A DNA stretch of 64,000 bases, taken from Bacillota bacterium. GTDB lineage: Bacteria; Bacillota; Clostridia; Christensenellales; CAG-138. Within the stretch, counting starts at the first letter, position 1. Every line of letters starts with the position of its first letter. Shown here in pieces: positions 43,468 to 53,204 of this stretch. The position numbers were made by a program, and so were the translations under genes. The stretch lies in NCBI GenBank assembly GCA_023455425.1, contig JAEYCM010000012.1, forward strand, positions 52,545 to 116,544, written 5' to 3'. The notes under the pieces are model-generated. The model ran no database searches, was not told the origin of the DNA, and saw only the letters and a program-made list of their open reading frames with translations.

Positions 43468-44163
43468 TTGGAGAAGATAGTTAATGCGATTTTATTTCTA
43501 AAAGATATCTACAATAGTATCTTTGGAGTAATATTTATAAGTATTGGTTTGCTACTGCTTTTTTCCTTAATGGTATATTGTAGATTAAAAAGAATGAATA
43601 AAACATATAATAAAAGATGGGATACTTATGTTGCGGCAGTGAAAAAAGAGGCATTACGGATGATTGCCGAATTCGTAGTAATCTCTATGCTATTGATATT
43701 AATACAAGATAGTTTTAATATAGATATTTTAGATTTCATAAGAAATGAAACCTGGAAACTAATTATCGGTTTCTGGTTCATATTTCATATAAAAAATGGG
43801 CGAAGCATCTACAAGTATGTAAATCGCGAATTGCTTTTAGATGAAATTGAAAAAGGGCAAAATCCAAGCCTGCAATTTGAGCTTATGATAAAACAATATC
43901 AAAATAATTATGACTTGGAACTTGAAAAACTTGGAATTTTGAAATCCTTAGCACCCGTTTCTTTAGTACCCCTAATAGCTGGATTTATATTGGAAAATAA
44001 GAAGATAAGTTTAAATGCCTATACCATTATCTTTTTTTGTATTTTGTTCCTGTATATATATGAACTTTGGAAATGCTATGATACGTTGAGATTTTGGAAA
44101 TCAAGAAAAAGAAAAGTTGAAGAAAGAATAATGAATTTGAAAGAAAAGTGCGCAGCGCATTGA
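43468..44163 (+). CDS. Multi-pass membrane protein, function unknown (very AT-rich)
   Basis: 231-aa ORF with ~5 hydrophobic helices and a basic C-terminus. TTG start after AAAAGGA; I recognise no family. Confidence 0.6.
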   Translation: MEKIVNAILFLKDIYNSIFGVIFISIGLLLLFSLMVYCRLKRMNKTYNKRWDTYVAAVKKEALRMIAEFVVISMLLILIQDSFNIDILDFIRNETWKLIIGFWFIFHIKNGRSIYKYVNRELLLDEIEKGQNPSLQFELMIKQYQNNYDLELEKLGILKSLAPVSLVPLIAGFILENKKISLNAYTIIFFCILFLYIYELWKCYDTLRFWKSRKRKVEERIMNLKEKCAAH

Positions 44164-44302
44164 CAAGGAACTATTACACGCAACTCGGGTGAGGTTGTAT
44201 GGTGCTGCGCAAGCCGGGGAGAGCATGGAAAGAAATCTGACGCCACTTCCCAATGATCAGTAATGAGCAAACCATAGAGTTTTTCTTTGTAAGCCTTGAA
44301 TA

Positions 44303-44669
44303 TTACGGAACTGGATTTTGAAACTGATCCATAAAGAATGGATAAATTTCGTCTGCAGCAAAATACTTTTCATGCCAAGCAAGAATAGTTCTTGTCATTT
44401 TTACTATGAAAATGTTGGAATATCTACTATAATAGCTCTTGTAAAGCAATACGGAAGGGCTTAAGAGCTGTATGGAGATTTCAATGGCAAATAGAAGAAA
44501 CAAGAAAAAAGTCTATTGCAGCTTGACCAACATTGCCTGTAAGGAATATGTTGATTCTCGGGAATATGTGATTCGGAGTTTGCTCTGAAACTATAGGTTG
44601 AAGTTTAGTAAAATGAGTGGGCAAGCAACCCATTCTATAAGGTGCAAGTATAAAAGCGAAATCTTCCAT
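44303..44669 (-). pseudogene. Possible frameshifted gene remnant (two overlapping minus-strand ORF pieces)
   Basis: Track ORFs 44481..44669 and 44303..44503 abut in different frames. No RBS and no recognisable family, so this is very tentative. Confidence 0.25.
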
Positions 44670-44851
44670 CTTTATGCAGTTGAATGATATGGCAACCTCT
44701 TTGGCAGGTTAAGCCATGCGAATTTATATTTATCCCCAAAAACCAAACAGATATCCTGTTTGATAACACTCACATAGGCCCACAAACACGCCAACCCCGC
44801 TTTCGTTGTAGAATAGTCAAGCATGATTTTTTCAGAGGAGAAGGAATTCCT

Positions 44852-47800
44852 ATGACAGATACCTCAAAGACCACCGGCCTTCCAAGTGAAGTATGCCTAA
44901 CACCGACATCTGCCCTAGGGCGAGTACATCTTAAAATTGAGCTTACTTCGGTTATCAACTATGCTTTGCAGCAAAACCGGATTCCTGTTATACGGGAAAT
45001 TCTGATTTGTAATAATAGTACCGATGATATAGAAAATGCTGTGGTGAAATTGCGCTGTGAACCAGAGTTTGTTTGCTCCGCACAGATGAATGTCGCATCG
45101 ATTCCGGCAGGTGCATCCTTTTCTCTCAGCGGATTTCAGCCACAGATCAACGCTTCCTTCTTGGCGGAACTGACCGAACGCATGATAGGCAGACTGGATA
45201 TTGCTTTAGAGGGTAACCAAGGTGAAGTTCTTGCCGCATGCCAATATGAAATTACCGCGCTCGCCTTTGACGAGTGGCATGGAACTGCTTTCTATCCCGA
45301 GTTACTCTGCGCATTTGTAACGCCAAACCACCCGGAGGCTATCAAGATTACAGCCCGCTCAGCACAGCTTTTGGGCAACTGGAGCGGCGATCCTTCACTA
45401 AACGCTTATCAGACCCAAGATCCTAATCGGGTGCTCATGCAGGCAGCGGCAGTTTACGGTGCTTTGCAGGAAGCCAATATTATTTACTCCGTACCGCCTG
45501 CCAGTTTTGAACGCATTGGGCAGCGGGTAAGACTTTGTGATGCGGTCATCCAGCAGAAACTGGGTACTTGTTTGGATTTAACGTTGTTCTATGCTACTTG
45601 CTTGGAAGCAATTGGCCTTCACCCGATTCTTTTGTTACAACAGGGACACATCTTTGCCGGTGTTTGGCTGGAGAACCGCTCGTTTTCGGAGACGGTTGAA
45701 AATGATCCTTCTTTAATTACCAAGCGTATTGCTGAGGGTGTGAACGAGATTGCGGTGGTAGAGTGTACCGCGCTGGTTGCAGGCAAAAATATGAGCTTCG
45801 ATGAAGCAATGGCTGCTGCTGTAAGCAAGCTTCGCGACCCCGATCCGCTGGAATACATTATCGATGTTTCCCGTTCCAGACTGAGTGGGATACGGCCGCT
45901 TCCCCTGCGTATTCAGAGTGAAACCGGATGGAAAATCGAAACGCAAAAAAGAAGTGAAAAGGAATTAACGCGCATTCCTGAATCACTCGGTGAGATTATC
46001 CATGTAGACGAAACCTCGACTAAAAAAACGTGGAGCAAAATGCTGCAATGGGAGCGTAAGCTGCTGGATTTAAGCCTGCGAAATACGCTCATCAATCTAA
46101 GATGGTCGCAAAGCGTTATCCCTATCCTCTGCGAATCATTATCGGATCTAGAGGATGCACTGGCAGACGGAGAGGAGTACGGAATCAGTCCCCGACCTTC
46201 TGAATGGGTACTGCCGGAGGAGCAGCGCCGCAGCATTGAACGTTTGACCGATCTAGGCGATTTCAGAGACCTAATAAAAGTAGAGTTTCAAAACAAGCGT
46301 CTGCGTTCATTTTTAAGCGAAGGTGAGCTTTCCCGTGCAATCGTTAACGTTTATCGCGCCTCCAAAAGCTCATTGGAAGAAAACGGGGCCAACACTCTGT
46401 ACCTTGCCATTGGTTTTCTTCGCTGGTATGAAACCCCGACCAGCCAAAAGCCGAGGTATGCGCCGCTGATCCTGTTGCCAATAGAAATTGTCCGCAAATC
46501 TGCGCTTAAAGGGTATGTAATTCGTATACGAGACGAAGAGCCGCAGATGAACATCACTCTGCTGCAGATGATAGCGCAGGATTTTGGCATACAGATTCAA
46601 GGGCTGGACCCGCTTCCTCTGGATGCAATGGGGATCGATCTGCGCACTGTATTTACCGTCATGCGCAAAGCGGTGATGAATCAACCGCGCTGGGATGTCA
46701 TCGGAGCCGCATTCCTTGGGATATTTTCTTTTTCCCAGTTTGTGATGTGGAACGATATTCGAAACCGTTCCGAGGATCTTCAAAAGAATAAAATTGTTCG
46801 CAGCCTGATGGACGGACGACTCTCTTGGCATGCACGAGAGTTGGAGAGCGACGAGCGGGTGCCCGAAGGTGACACGCTTCTGCCTATTCCGATGGATGCT
46901 TCACAGTTGCACGCCATCCGAGCGGCAGCAGAAGGCCAAAGTTTTGTGCTCCATGGACCTCCCGGCACGGGAAAATCTCAGACGATCACCGCAATAATTG
47001 CCAACGCGCTGGCTAAGGGAAAATCTGTCCTGTTCGTCGCAGAAAAAATGGCAGCATTGTCAGTGGTGCAGCAACGGCTGAAAAATATTGGCATTGGACC
47101 ATTCTGCCTTGAGCTACATTCCAACAAATCCAATAAGCGAGACGTTTTGAATCAACTAAATGAGGCTGCGCAGGTCGCAAAGCAGAATGTGCCGAGCGCC
47201 TGGCTAAAAAAAGCCGAGCAGACTGCGCAACTGCGAGGCGAGTTGGATGTTTACGCGCAGGCGTTGCATAAAGAACAAAAATGCGGCCTATCCCTATTTG
47301 CGATGATCGGCTCATATACGAATTATACCGAATGCTCGGAAACCATTGATTTTTCTCCAAAATTTGCCGAAAGCCTTGACGAAGACCGCATGCAGAAGCA
47401 GCAGATGATGCTGGATAGGCTGATTGCGGCCGCGCGCCTTATCGGCCATCCTTGCCATCATCCCCTGCGAAATGTAGGCAGATCTGTCTATACGCAGCAG
47501 ATCAAGAGCGAGCTACCGCAGAAGTTGGATGCGTATATGTCCGCGCTTGAAAAACTATCAGATGTCGGTATGCTTTTAACGCAAAAGCTGAAACAGCCGA
47601 CACCCCTTATATTTTCGGATTGGGAAAGGATTTACCAGATTGCCTGTCAGCTGCAGGTTTGGATACCGTTGCCCCGATACTGGGGTAGGGATTCGGACTG
47701 GACACGCACCTGTATGGATATTCAAGCAATGGCCTCCCATTTTGATGCGGCACGACGGCTCTATGGTGAGCTGTCCATCCACTGGGAGGAGGGTCTTTTT

Positions 47801-50707
47801 AACTTGGATGGGGCTATGCTCAAAAGCGAATGGACAAGCTCGCAGACCAAATGGTTTCTTCCTAAATTGCTGCAGCAAAGCAAGCTGAAGAAGGCTGTCA
47901 AGGTGTTTTGGAAAACGCCGGATCAAAGAATGCTCGCCGATTCGTTTTTCAAGGCCTTCTCCGACCTAGCCGAATATCAGTCAAATTATGCGGCGGGACA
48001 GGCGCTTTTCGGGCGATACGGTGCGGAGCTGGGAAGCTTATACAACGACGTCAAAACCGATTGGGAAAAAATACGGGCTTATGCCAATGATGCCAAGCAC
48101 AGTGACGCAGAGCTCAACGCGCTGACGGGGAATGATGATTTGCGTATTGCATTTGCGGGTGTAAAGGAGCTCTTTCCGATCATCACTGAATATATAGAGG
48201 CTTACGAGCAGATGTTTATGCCTAGGGATGACTTGCACGCACTTTTGGAAATTGTGCAGGATACGCAGCCTGACGGTGATTGGATTTCGATGCAGTTTGA
48301 CATGTGCAAGCAAATCAAAGCGCATTCGAACGTTCTGAAAGAATGGATGGTTTGGGTCGATTCTGTAAAAGAAGCTGATCTTCTTGGTATGATGCCATTG
48401 GTTGACGCTTACCGAAAGGGGCTGTCTCACGAAGCCGCCGTACCAGCTTATTATAAGGGACTCTATACTGCTCTGATCTATAAAGCCGTAGAGGAAAGTC
48501 CTGTGCTTAATAGTTTTTCCGGTGTGGTATTCCATGAAAAAATTCGCCAGTTTCAGCAGTTGGATGCAGAACTGACCGAACTGGCAAAAAGGGAAGTGTT
48601 TTACCGCCTTGCGTCCCAAGTTCCAAATTTCACACAGGAAGCATCACAGAAATCGGAAGTTGGTGTGCTGCAGCGCGCAATCCGAAGCGGCGGTCGAGGT
48701 GTTAGCATCCGCCGCCTGTTTGAGCAGATATCTAACCTGTTGCCTAGGCTTTGCCCCTGCATGCTAATGAGTCCTCTTTCTGCCGCACAATATCTCGACC
48801 CGAACCGAAAGCCATTTGACCTTGTCATCTTTGACGAAGCATCTCAAATGCCTACAGCCCGAGCCGTGGGTGCTTTGGCGCGGGGGGCCAATGCGATTAT
48901 TGTGGGTGACCCAAAGCAGATGCCGCCCACAAGCTTTTTTTCGGGCAACGCGCTAGATGAGGACAATTTGGAAACTGAGGATTTGGAGAGCATTTTGGAC
49001 GATACGCTGGCGTTGAACATGCCTCAGTCTCATTTGCTATGGCACTATCGAAGCCGTCATGAAAGCTTGATTGCTTTTAGTAATCATCACTTTTATGCGG
49101 ACAAGCTATACACCTTCCCTTCCATCAATGATCGGGAGTCGAAGGTGACGCTGGTGCCTATCGACGGTTTCTTTGACCGGGGAAAATCGCGGCAGAACCG
49201 CGCGGAGGCGGAGGCAATCGTAAGCGAACTGATCCGCCGCAGCCAGGATCCGGTTTGTATGGAGCAGAGCGTGGGTGTCGTCAGCTTCAACATCCAACAG
49301 CAAAATCTGATTGACGATCTGTTTACCGAGGCCTGCAAATCAAACTCTGAGTTGGAGCAATGGGCCTACGAGTCGACGGAGCCGATCTTCATTAAAAACC
49401 TGGAGAATGTTCAGGGAGATGAACGGGATGTCATCCTGTTTTCCATCGGCTATGGTCCGGATGCTACGGGCAAGACGTATATGAATTTTGGCCCCTTAAA
49501 CCGAGAGGGCGGCTGGCGGAGGCTCAATGTGGCCGTGTCCCGCGCACGGCAGGAAATGAAAGTCTTTTCTTCGATTCGGGCGGATCAGATCGATCTCGCG
49601 CGCACCGCCGCCGAGGGGGTTGTCGCACTGAAGGCATTTTTAGAATACGCTTCCGGTGCAGCCTTGACTAATAATGCCCAAAACCTTTTTAAAGCCGCAG
49701 ATGACAAAAATGGCGTGGCCATTATGCTTAAGCGTAGGCTGGAGCGAGAAGGATATCAGTCGCAGCTGCAGGTGGGGCATTCTAAATATAAAATTGACTT
49801 AGGTGTCATTGATCCGAAAAAACCAAGCCGATATTTGATGGGAATTCTGTTGGATGGAGAGGCGTATCAATCTGCCAAAACGACGAGAGACAGGGAGTTG
49901 TCCCAAATCAGCGTACTAAAAGGATTGGGATGGCGCATTCATCGGCTTTGGTCAGTGGACTGGTGGGACAACAGCGACAAAGAATTTGCTAAGATTATAG
50001 ACCTGCTGAAGGCACCTGTGTCCTGTGCGGATCCATTATTGCTCAAAACCGGTTTGCCGATGGATGGCGCTGCGCAACCCGTCCCAAACCAGAAGCTGGA
50101 GCATTCTCTTTACGAGGCAAGTATATTGTCGACATCATCCGCTCCCACGTCAGAGACCGCGTTGTATCAAGCAGCTACTTTGCCGGTACGGCCCATGACG
50201 CCGGACGAATACCTGCTCCCCCAAAAGGTCGGCCTGATCAAAAGCGCAATTCATACGATCCTTGAGCAGGAAGCGCCTATCAGCGAACCACTGTTGACCC
50301 GGCGTGTTGTACAGAGCTTTGGCATCTCTCGAGCAGGTTCGCGTATTCAGCAAAGAACAGCGGCGGTTCTTCGTAGCATGAATCTGCTCTGTACCCGTCA
50401 TGGTGACCAGACCTATTACTGGCTTAGTTCCCAGCATCCGGATACCTATTCCAGCTTTCGTGTTTCTGCTTCGGGTGTTCGGGAGGCTGGCGATATACCG
50501 GTACAGGAAATAGCTAACGCCGTCTGCGCTGCGCTTGAACGACAAATTGCAATGCCGAAGGATGATCTATTACGGGAAACAGCAAATCTACTGGGGTACA
50601 CTCGTTTGGGCAATAACGTTATCTCGTCGGTAACGGCAGGTATAGTGTATGCAGTGAAAACAAGGAAAATTGTGGAACAAAAAGACGATTACTATGTGTT
50701 GACATAA
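44852..50707 (+). CDS. 1,951-aa multidomain SF1 helicase-nuclease: transglutaminase-like N-domain, DUF4011-like region, Upf1/DNA2-like (AAA_11/AAA_12) helicase, DUF559/Vsr-like endonuclease fold, DUF3320-like C-terminus
   Basis: LGTCLDLTLFYATCLEAIGLHP...GHIFAGVW (Cys/His core). Walker A LHGPPGTGKSQT (46955-46978). VIFDEASQM, GDPKQMPPTSF, WHYRSRHESLI, NVQGDERDVILFSIGYG, RRLNVAVSRAR. Then GYQSQLQVGHSKYKIDLGVID...ILLDGEAYQSAKTTRDRE...GWRIHRLWSVDWW and PISEPLLTRRVVQSFGISRAGSRI. ATG 44852 after AGAGGAGAAGG. Confidence 0.9.
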   Translation: MTDTSKTTGLPSEVCLTPTSALGRVHLKIELTSVINYALQQNRIPVIREILICNNSTDDIENAVVKLRCEPEFVCSAQMNVASIPAGASFSLSGFQPQINASFLAELTERMIGRLDIALEGNQGEVLAACQYEITALAFDEWHGTAFYPELLCAFVTPNHPEAIKITARSAQLLGNWSGDPSLNAYQTQDPNRVLMQAAAVYGALQEANIIYSVPPASFERIGQRVRLCDAVIQQKLGTCLDLTLFYATCLEAIGLHPILLLQQGHIFAGVWLENRSFSETVENDPSLITKRIAEGVNEIAVVECTALVAGKNMSFDEAMAAAVSKLRDPDPLEYIIDVSRSRLSGIRPLPLRIQSETGWKIETQKRSEKELTRIPESLGEIIHVDETSTKKTWSKMLQWERKLLDLSLRNTLINLRWSQSVIPILCESLSDLEDALADGEEYGISPRPSEWVLPEEQRRSIERLTDLGDFRDLIKVEFQNKRLRSFLSEGELSRAIVNVYRASKSSLEENGANTLYLAIGFLRWYETPTSQKPRYAPLILLPIEIVRKSALKGYVIRIRDEEPQMNITLLQMIAQDFGIQIQGLDPLPLDAMGIDLRTVFTVMRKAVMNQPRWDVIGAAFLGIFSFSQFVMWNDIRNRSEDLQKNKIVRSLMDGRLSWHARELESDERVPEGDTLLPIPMDASQLHAIRAAAEGQSFVLHGPPGTGKSQTITAIIANALAKGKSVLFVAEKMAALSVVQQRLKNIGIGPFCLELHSNKSNKRDVLNQLNEAAQVAKQNVPSAWLKKAEQTAQLRGELDVYAQALHKEQKCGLSLFAMIGSYTNYTECSETIDFSPKFAESLDEDRMQKQQMMLDRLIAAARLIGHPCHHPLRNVGRSVYTQQIKSELPQKLDAYMSALEKLSDVGMLLTQKLKQPTPLIFSDWERIYQIACQLQVWIPLPRYWGRDSDWTRTCMDIQAMASHFDAARRLYGELSIHWEEGLFNLDGAMLKSEWTSSQTKWFLPKLLQQSKLKKAVKVFWKTPDQRMLADSFFKAFSDLAEYQSNYAAGQALFGRYGAELGSLYNDVKTDWEKIRAYANDAKHSDAELNALTGNDDLRIAFAGVKELFPIITEYIEAYEQMFMPRDDLHALLEIVQDTQPDGDWISMQFDMCKQIKAHSNVLKEWMVWVDSVKEADLLGMMPLVDAYRKGLSHEAAVPAYYKGLYTALIYKAVEESPVLNSFSGVVFHEKIRQFQQLDAELTELAKREVFYRLASQVPNFTQEASQKSEVGVLQRAIRSGGRGVSIRRLFEQISNLLPRLCPCMLMSPLSAAQYLDPNRKPFDLVIFDEASQMPTARAVGALARGANAIIVGDPKQMPPTSFFSGNALDEDNLETEDLESILDDTLALNMPQSHLLWHYRSRHESLIAFSNHHFYADKLYTFPSINDRESKVTLVPIDGFFDRGKSRQNRAEAEAIVSELIRRSQDPVCMEQSVGVVSFNIQQQNLIDDLFTEACKSNSELEQWAYESTEPIFIKNLENVQGDERDVILFSIGYGPDATGKTYMNFGPLNREGGWRRLNVAVSRARQEMKVFSSIRADQIDLARTAAEGVVALKAFLEYASGAALTNNAQNLFKAADDKNGVAIMLKRRLEREGYQSQLQVGHSKYKIDLGVIDPKKPSRYLMGILLDGEAYQSAKTTRDRELSQISVLKGLGWRIHRLWSVDWWDNSDKEFAKIIDLLKAPVSCADPLLLKTGLPMDGAAQPVPNQKLEHSLYEASILSTSSAPTSETALYQAATLPVRPMTPDEYLLPQKVGLIKSAIHTILEQEAPISEPLLTRRVVQSFGISRAGSRIQQRTAAVLRSMNLLCTRHGDQTYYWLSSQHPDTYSSFRVSASGVREAGDIPVQEIANAVCAALERQIAMPKDDLLRETANLLGYTRLGNNVISSVTAGIVYAVKTRKIVEQKDDYYVLT

Positions 50708-50746
50708 AATTATGTGTGCGAATCTATAAGCTAGAGGGAGCCTGCT

Positions 50747-52924
50747 ATGGGATTCTACTTAAGAAAATCAATAAGTTTTGGTGGCGTTCGGTTCGACTTT
50801 TCGAAATCTGGTATCGGCGCATCGGTTGGAGTAAAGGGTTTCCGTTTCGGAATGGGTCTACGAGGCAACTACGTGCATATGGGGCGAGGTGGCATCTATT
50901 ATCGCGCCGTACTCGGAGCAAAGAAAGGTAACGTACAACGTACGCAACCTGCTCGTCCTGAAGGCGAAAGGGATAAAGGCGATGGTTTGCTGTTCCAGGA
51001 AATTGAAAGCGGTGATATTTCCTTTATCATTGATTCATCTTCTCAAGAAATTGTAAATGAGATCAACGCTAAGTGTAAAAAGACACCATGTTGGCCTCTT
51101 GCAATCTTGTGTGCATTTATTCCGTCGGTGGGTATTCCTATCGCGATTATAGCTGCCATTTTAATTAATGTGCTCATCGACAAAAGACGAAAGACAACTA
51201 TTATCTTTTACGATATCGAGGAACAGGCAGAGCAGGAGATACAACAACTTTACAACGCTTTTGAGCAGCTGATGAATTGCAGTTTCGTATGGCACATTGC
51301 CTCTCAAGCAGCTGTGCAGGATAGAAAATATCATGCAGGCGCAAGCACAGTAGTCAGACGAACAAAAATCAAAATAGAATACAAGACTCCTCCTTACCTT
51401 AAAACGAATGTGAAGGTGCCTGCTATTCCTGTTGGAAAACAGATACTCTATTGCTTCCCCGATAGGATACTAATCTATGAGGGTAAACAAGTTGGTGGTA
51501 TTTCTTACGCAAACTTGTCTATTAGGCAGAGGGGGCAAAGATTCATCGAGGATGGGATTGTTCCGGAGGATGGAACAATTGTGGATCATACTTGGCGCTA
51601 TGTTAACAAGTCTGGCGGTCCAGATAAGCGATTCAAGGATAATCGAAAACTTCCCATTTTGATATATTCAGACATCTCTTTTCAGAGCGATACAGGGTTG
51701 AACGAGTTAATCGAATTATCTAAGCAGGATGTGGGCGTTGAACTAATACAGCAACTAGACAAATACAAAGCAAGCCCGTGGTGGAATGAAGAATTGGAGT
51801 CTTCTAAGGGCATCCAAATGCCAGCATCACAACCTCAACCGATATTGCTGCCCAAGCAAGTAAGTGCGGAAGCTGCGATGCCATCTATTGAAGTAATACC
51901 CCAAATCATTTCTTCAACGCCGAAAGATGTCATCCCTGCTGAGATACGGATAAAAGACGCCATCGCTAGTTCGCACGGATTATACCCCCATGAGGTGCTG
52001 GTACTTGATTATTCCCACTCATACTATACGGAAGGGAACCATTATCAAAGTTTCTGGTGGTATGGATACGGTGTGAGTAATGTTGACGCGCTTCTACGTT
52101 CCCTCCTCGACAGAGGATTTTTGCAGGTCGGCGATTTGCAGAGCGCTATTGAGAATGAAAATGCTGTGGTGCTAAAGGAAGAACTCAAAAAGTATGGCAG
52201 CAAAGTGAGTGGTAAAAAAGCGGAATTGGTACATCGGTTGATAAATGAGGTTTCGCATGACGAGCTGAGTGTTCGGTTTACAAAAAGAATGTACCAATTA
52301 ACAGAGCTTGGAAAGCGGGCGCTTGAAGAAGAAGCTTATGTACCTTACATCCATCGTCATCCGTTCGAAGGGTTAGATATCTGGTCGCTCAACAGAATTA
52401 TGTATACTCCGCCGTACATGTCATTTCGAGATAAAATTTTGGATTATCTTTATCAACGTGGCACAGAACATATCTCCGCTGGGAATTTTGGGCTTTATAG
52501 AAACTGTCGTTACAGTATGTCAGTACTTTTGCAAGAAGAGAAACGGTATATGGATGCGCTCGGTATGTTGGCGGAAGTTGTTTTTTACGATTTGAGTGGG
52601 CTTAGCAATAATTACGATCCGAAATATCTTGACATTTATGCTGAAAGTTATTTTCCATACCAGGAATCGAGCGCAACAACGGCGCCCGGCATAATAGATG
52701 CGATTTTGCAATGCCAAAAGGAACTTGGCATTGTTGAAGATGAGTTAAAATCTGAGTTGCTTAATCATATGAGGAGACTAAGTGCGCCGTTGCATCTTTT
52801 CACCCCTGAAGAATGCGTAGACATTGTGCTTGGGGAGGTTTGTGAGAACACTGAAGCACTGACAAAAATATACTCAAAAGCAAAACGGCGATTCAAACAA
52901 AAGTATCCGAGCCTCAAGTGTTAA
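50747..52924 (+). CDS. DUF4236-N-terminal membrane protein with a C-terminal SAP-motif region
   Basis: MGFYLRKSISFGGVRFDFSKSGIGASVGVKGFRFGMGLRGNYVHMGRGGIYYR (DUF4236-like). TM segment WPLAILCAFIPSVGIPIAIIAAILINVLI. SAP-like LKEELKKYGSKVSGKKAELVHRLINEV. Starts 39 nt after the helicase stop. Confidence 0.85.
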   Translation: MGFYLRKSISFGGVRFDFSKSGIGASVGVKGFRFGMGLRGNYVHMGRGGIYYRAVLGAKKGNVQRTQPARPEGERDKGDGLLFQEIESGDISFIIDSSSQEIVNEINAKCKKTPCWPLAILCAFIPSVGIPIAIIAAILINVLIDKRRKTTIIFYDIEEQAEQEIQQLYNAFEQLMNCSFVWHIASQAAVQDRKYHAGASTVVRRTKIKIEYKTPPYLKTNVKVPAIPVGKQILYCFPDRILIYEGKQVGGISYANLSIRQRGQRFIEDGIVPEDGTIVDHTWRYVNKSGGPDKRFKDNRKLPILIYSDISFQSDTGLNELIELSKQDVGVELIQQLDKYKASPWWNEELESSKGIQMPASQPQPILLPKQVSAEAAMPSIEVIPQIISSTPKDVIPAEIRIKDAIASSHGLYPHEVLVLDYSHSYYTEGNHYQSFWWYGYGVSNVDALLRSLLDRGFLQVGDLQSAIENENAVVLKEELKKYGSKVSGKKAELVHRLINEVSHDELSVRFTKRMYQLTELGKRALEEEAYVPYIHRHPFEGLDIWSLNRIMYTPPYMSFRDKILDYLYQRGTEHISAGNFGLYRNCRYSMSVLLQEEKRYMDALGMLAEVVFYDLSGLSNNYDPKYLDIYAESYFPYQESSATTAPGIIDAILQCQKELGIVEDELKSELLNHMRRLSAPLHLFTPEECVDIVLGEVCENTEALTKIYSKAKRRFKQKYPSLKC

Positions 52925-53021
52925 GCGGGAGAATCAATTACCACAATCTACATTTAATTCCGCCAATTCTTCAGAGTTCAAGATTGACATCAGATAATAT
53001 TATTTAATTTACACTAAACCA

Positions 53022-53041
53022 TGGTATAATATTCGTATAAT
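53022..53041 (+). promoter_or_regulatory. Candidate promoter of the peptide/rSAM/NTPase cassette
   Basis: Extended -10 TGgTATAAT (53022-53030) and a second TATAAT (53036-53041), 37-56 nt upstream of the peptide ATG. Confidence 0.5.
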
Positions 53042-53077
53042 GGAAAAGTAATTCTTGTCGAAAAGGAGGTGAGCAAT

Positions 53078-53194
53078 ATGGGTTACACAAAACCTGCGGT
53101 ATTAGCACAAAGTACTGTACGGATGGCACAATGCACTCCCAATAGTAAACCGAGTGGAAGACCTTGTGATCCACCAAGGCCAGGTGGACGGTAA
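53078..53194 (+). CDS. 38-aa candidate RiPP-type precursor peptide MGYTKPAVLAQSTVRMAQCTPNSKPSGRPCDPPRPGGR (not in the ORF track)
   Basis: Strong RBS AGGAGG (53064-53069) 8 nt before the ATG. Two Cys and a Pro/Arg/Gly-rich C-terminal half. Lies immediately upstream of an RRE-rSAM-SPASM gene and is followed by a long hairpin. Confidence 0.6.
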   Translation: MGYTKPAVLAQSTVRMAQCTPNSKPSGRPCDPPRPGGR

Positions 53195-53204
53195 TACAAT
53201 TCAA

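Noticed and set aside
44684-44851. N-terminal 56-codon extension of the helicase ORF (MIWQPLWQVKPCEF...)
   Set aside because: There is no RBS at 44684. A strong AGAGGAGAAGG precedes ATG 44852, and the extension lies in the degenerate promoter region.
53004-53204. 66-aa minus-strand track ORF (MNCITVHLALVDHK...)
   Set aside because: It has no RBS and is antisense to a plus-strand ORF that has an optimal AGGAGG-N8-ATG and sits in an rSAM context. The sequence looks like a shadow ORF.
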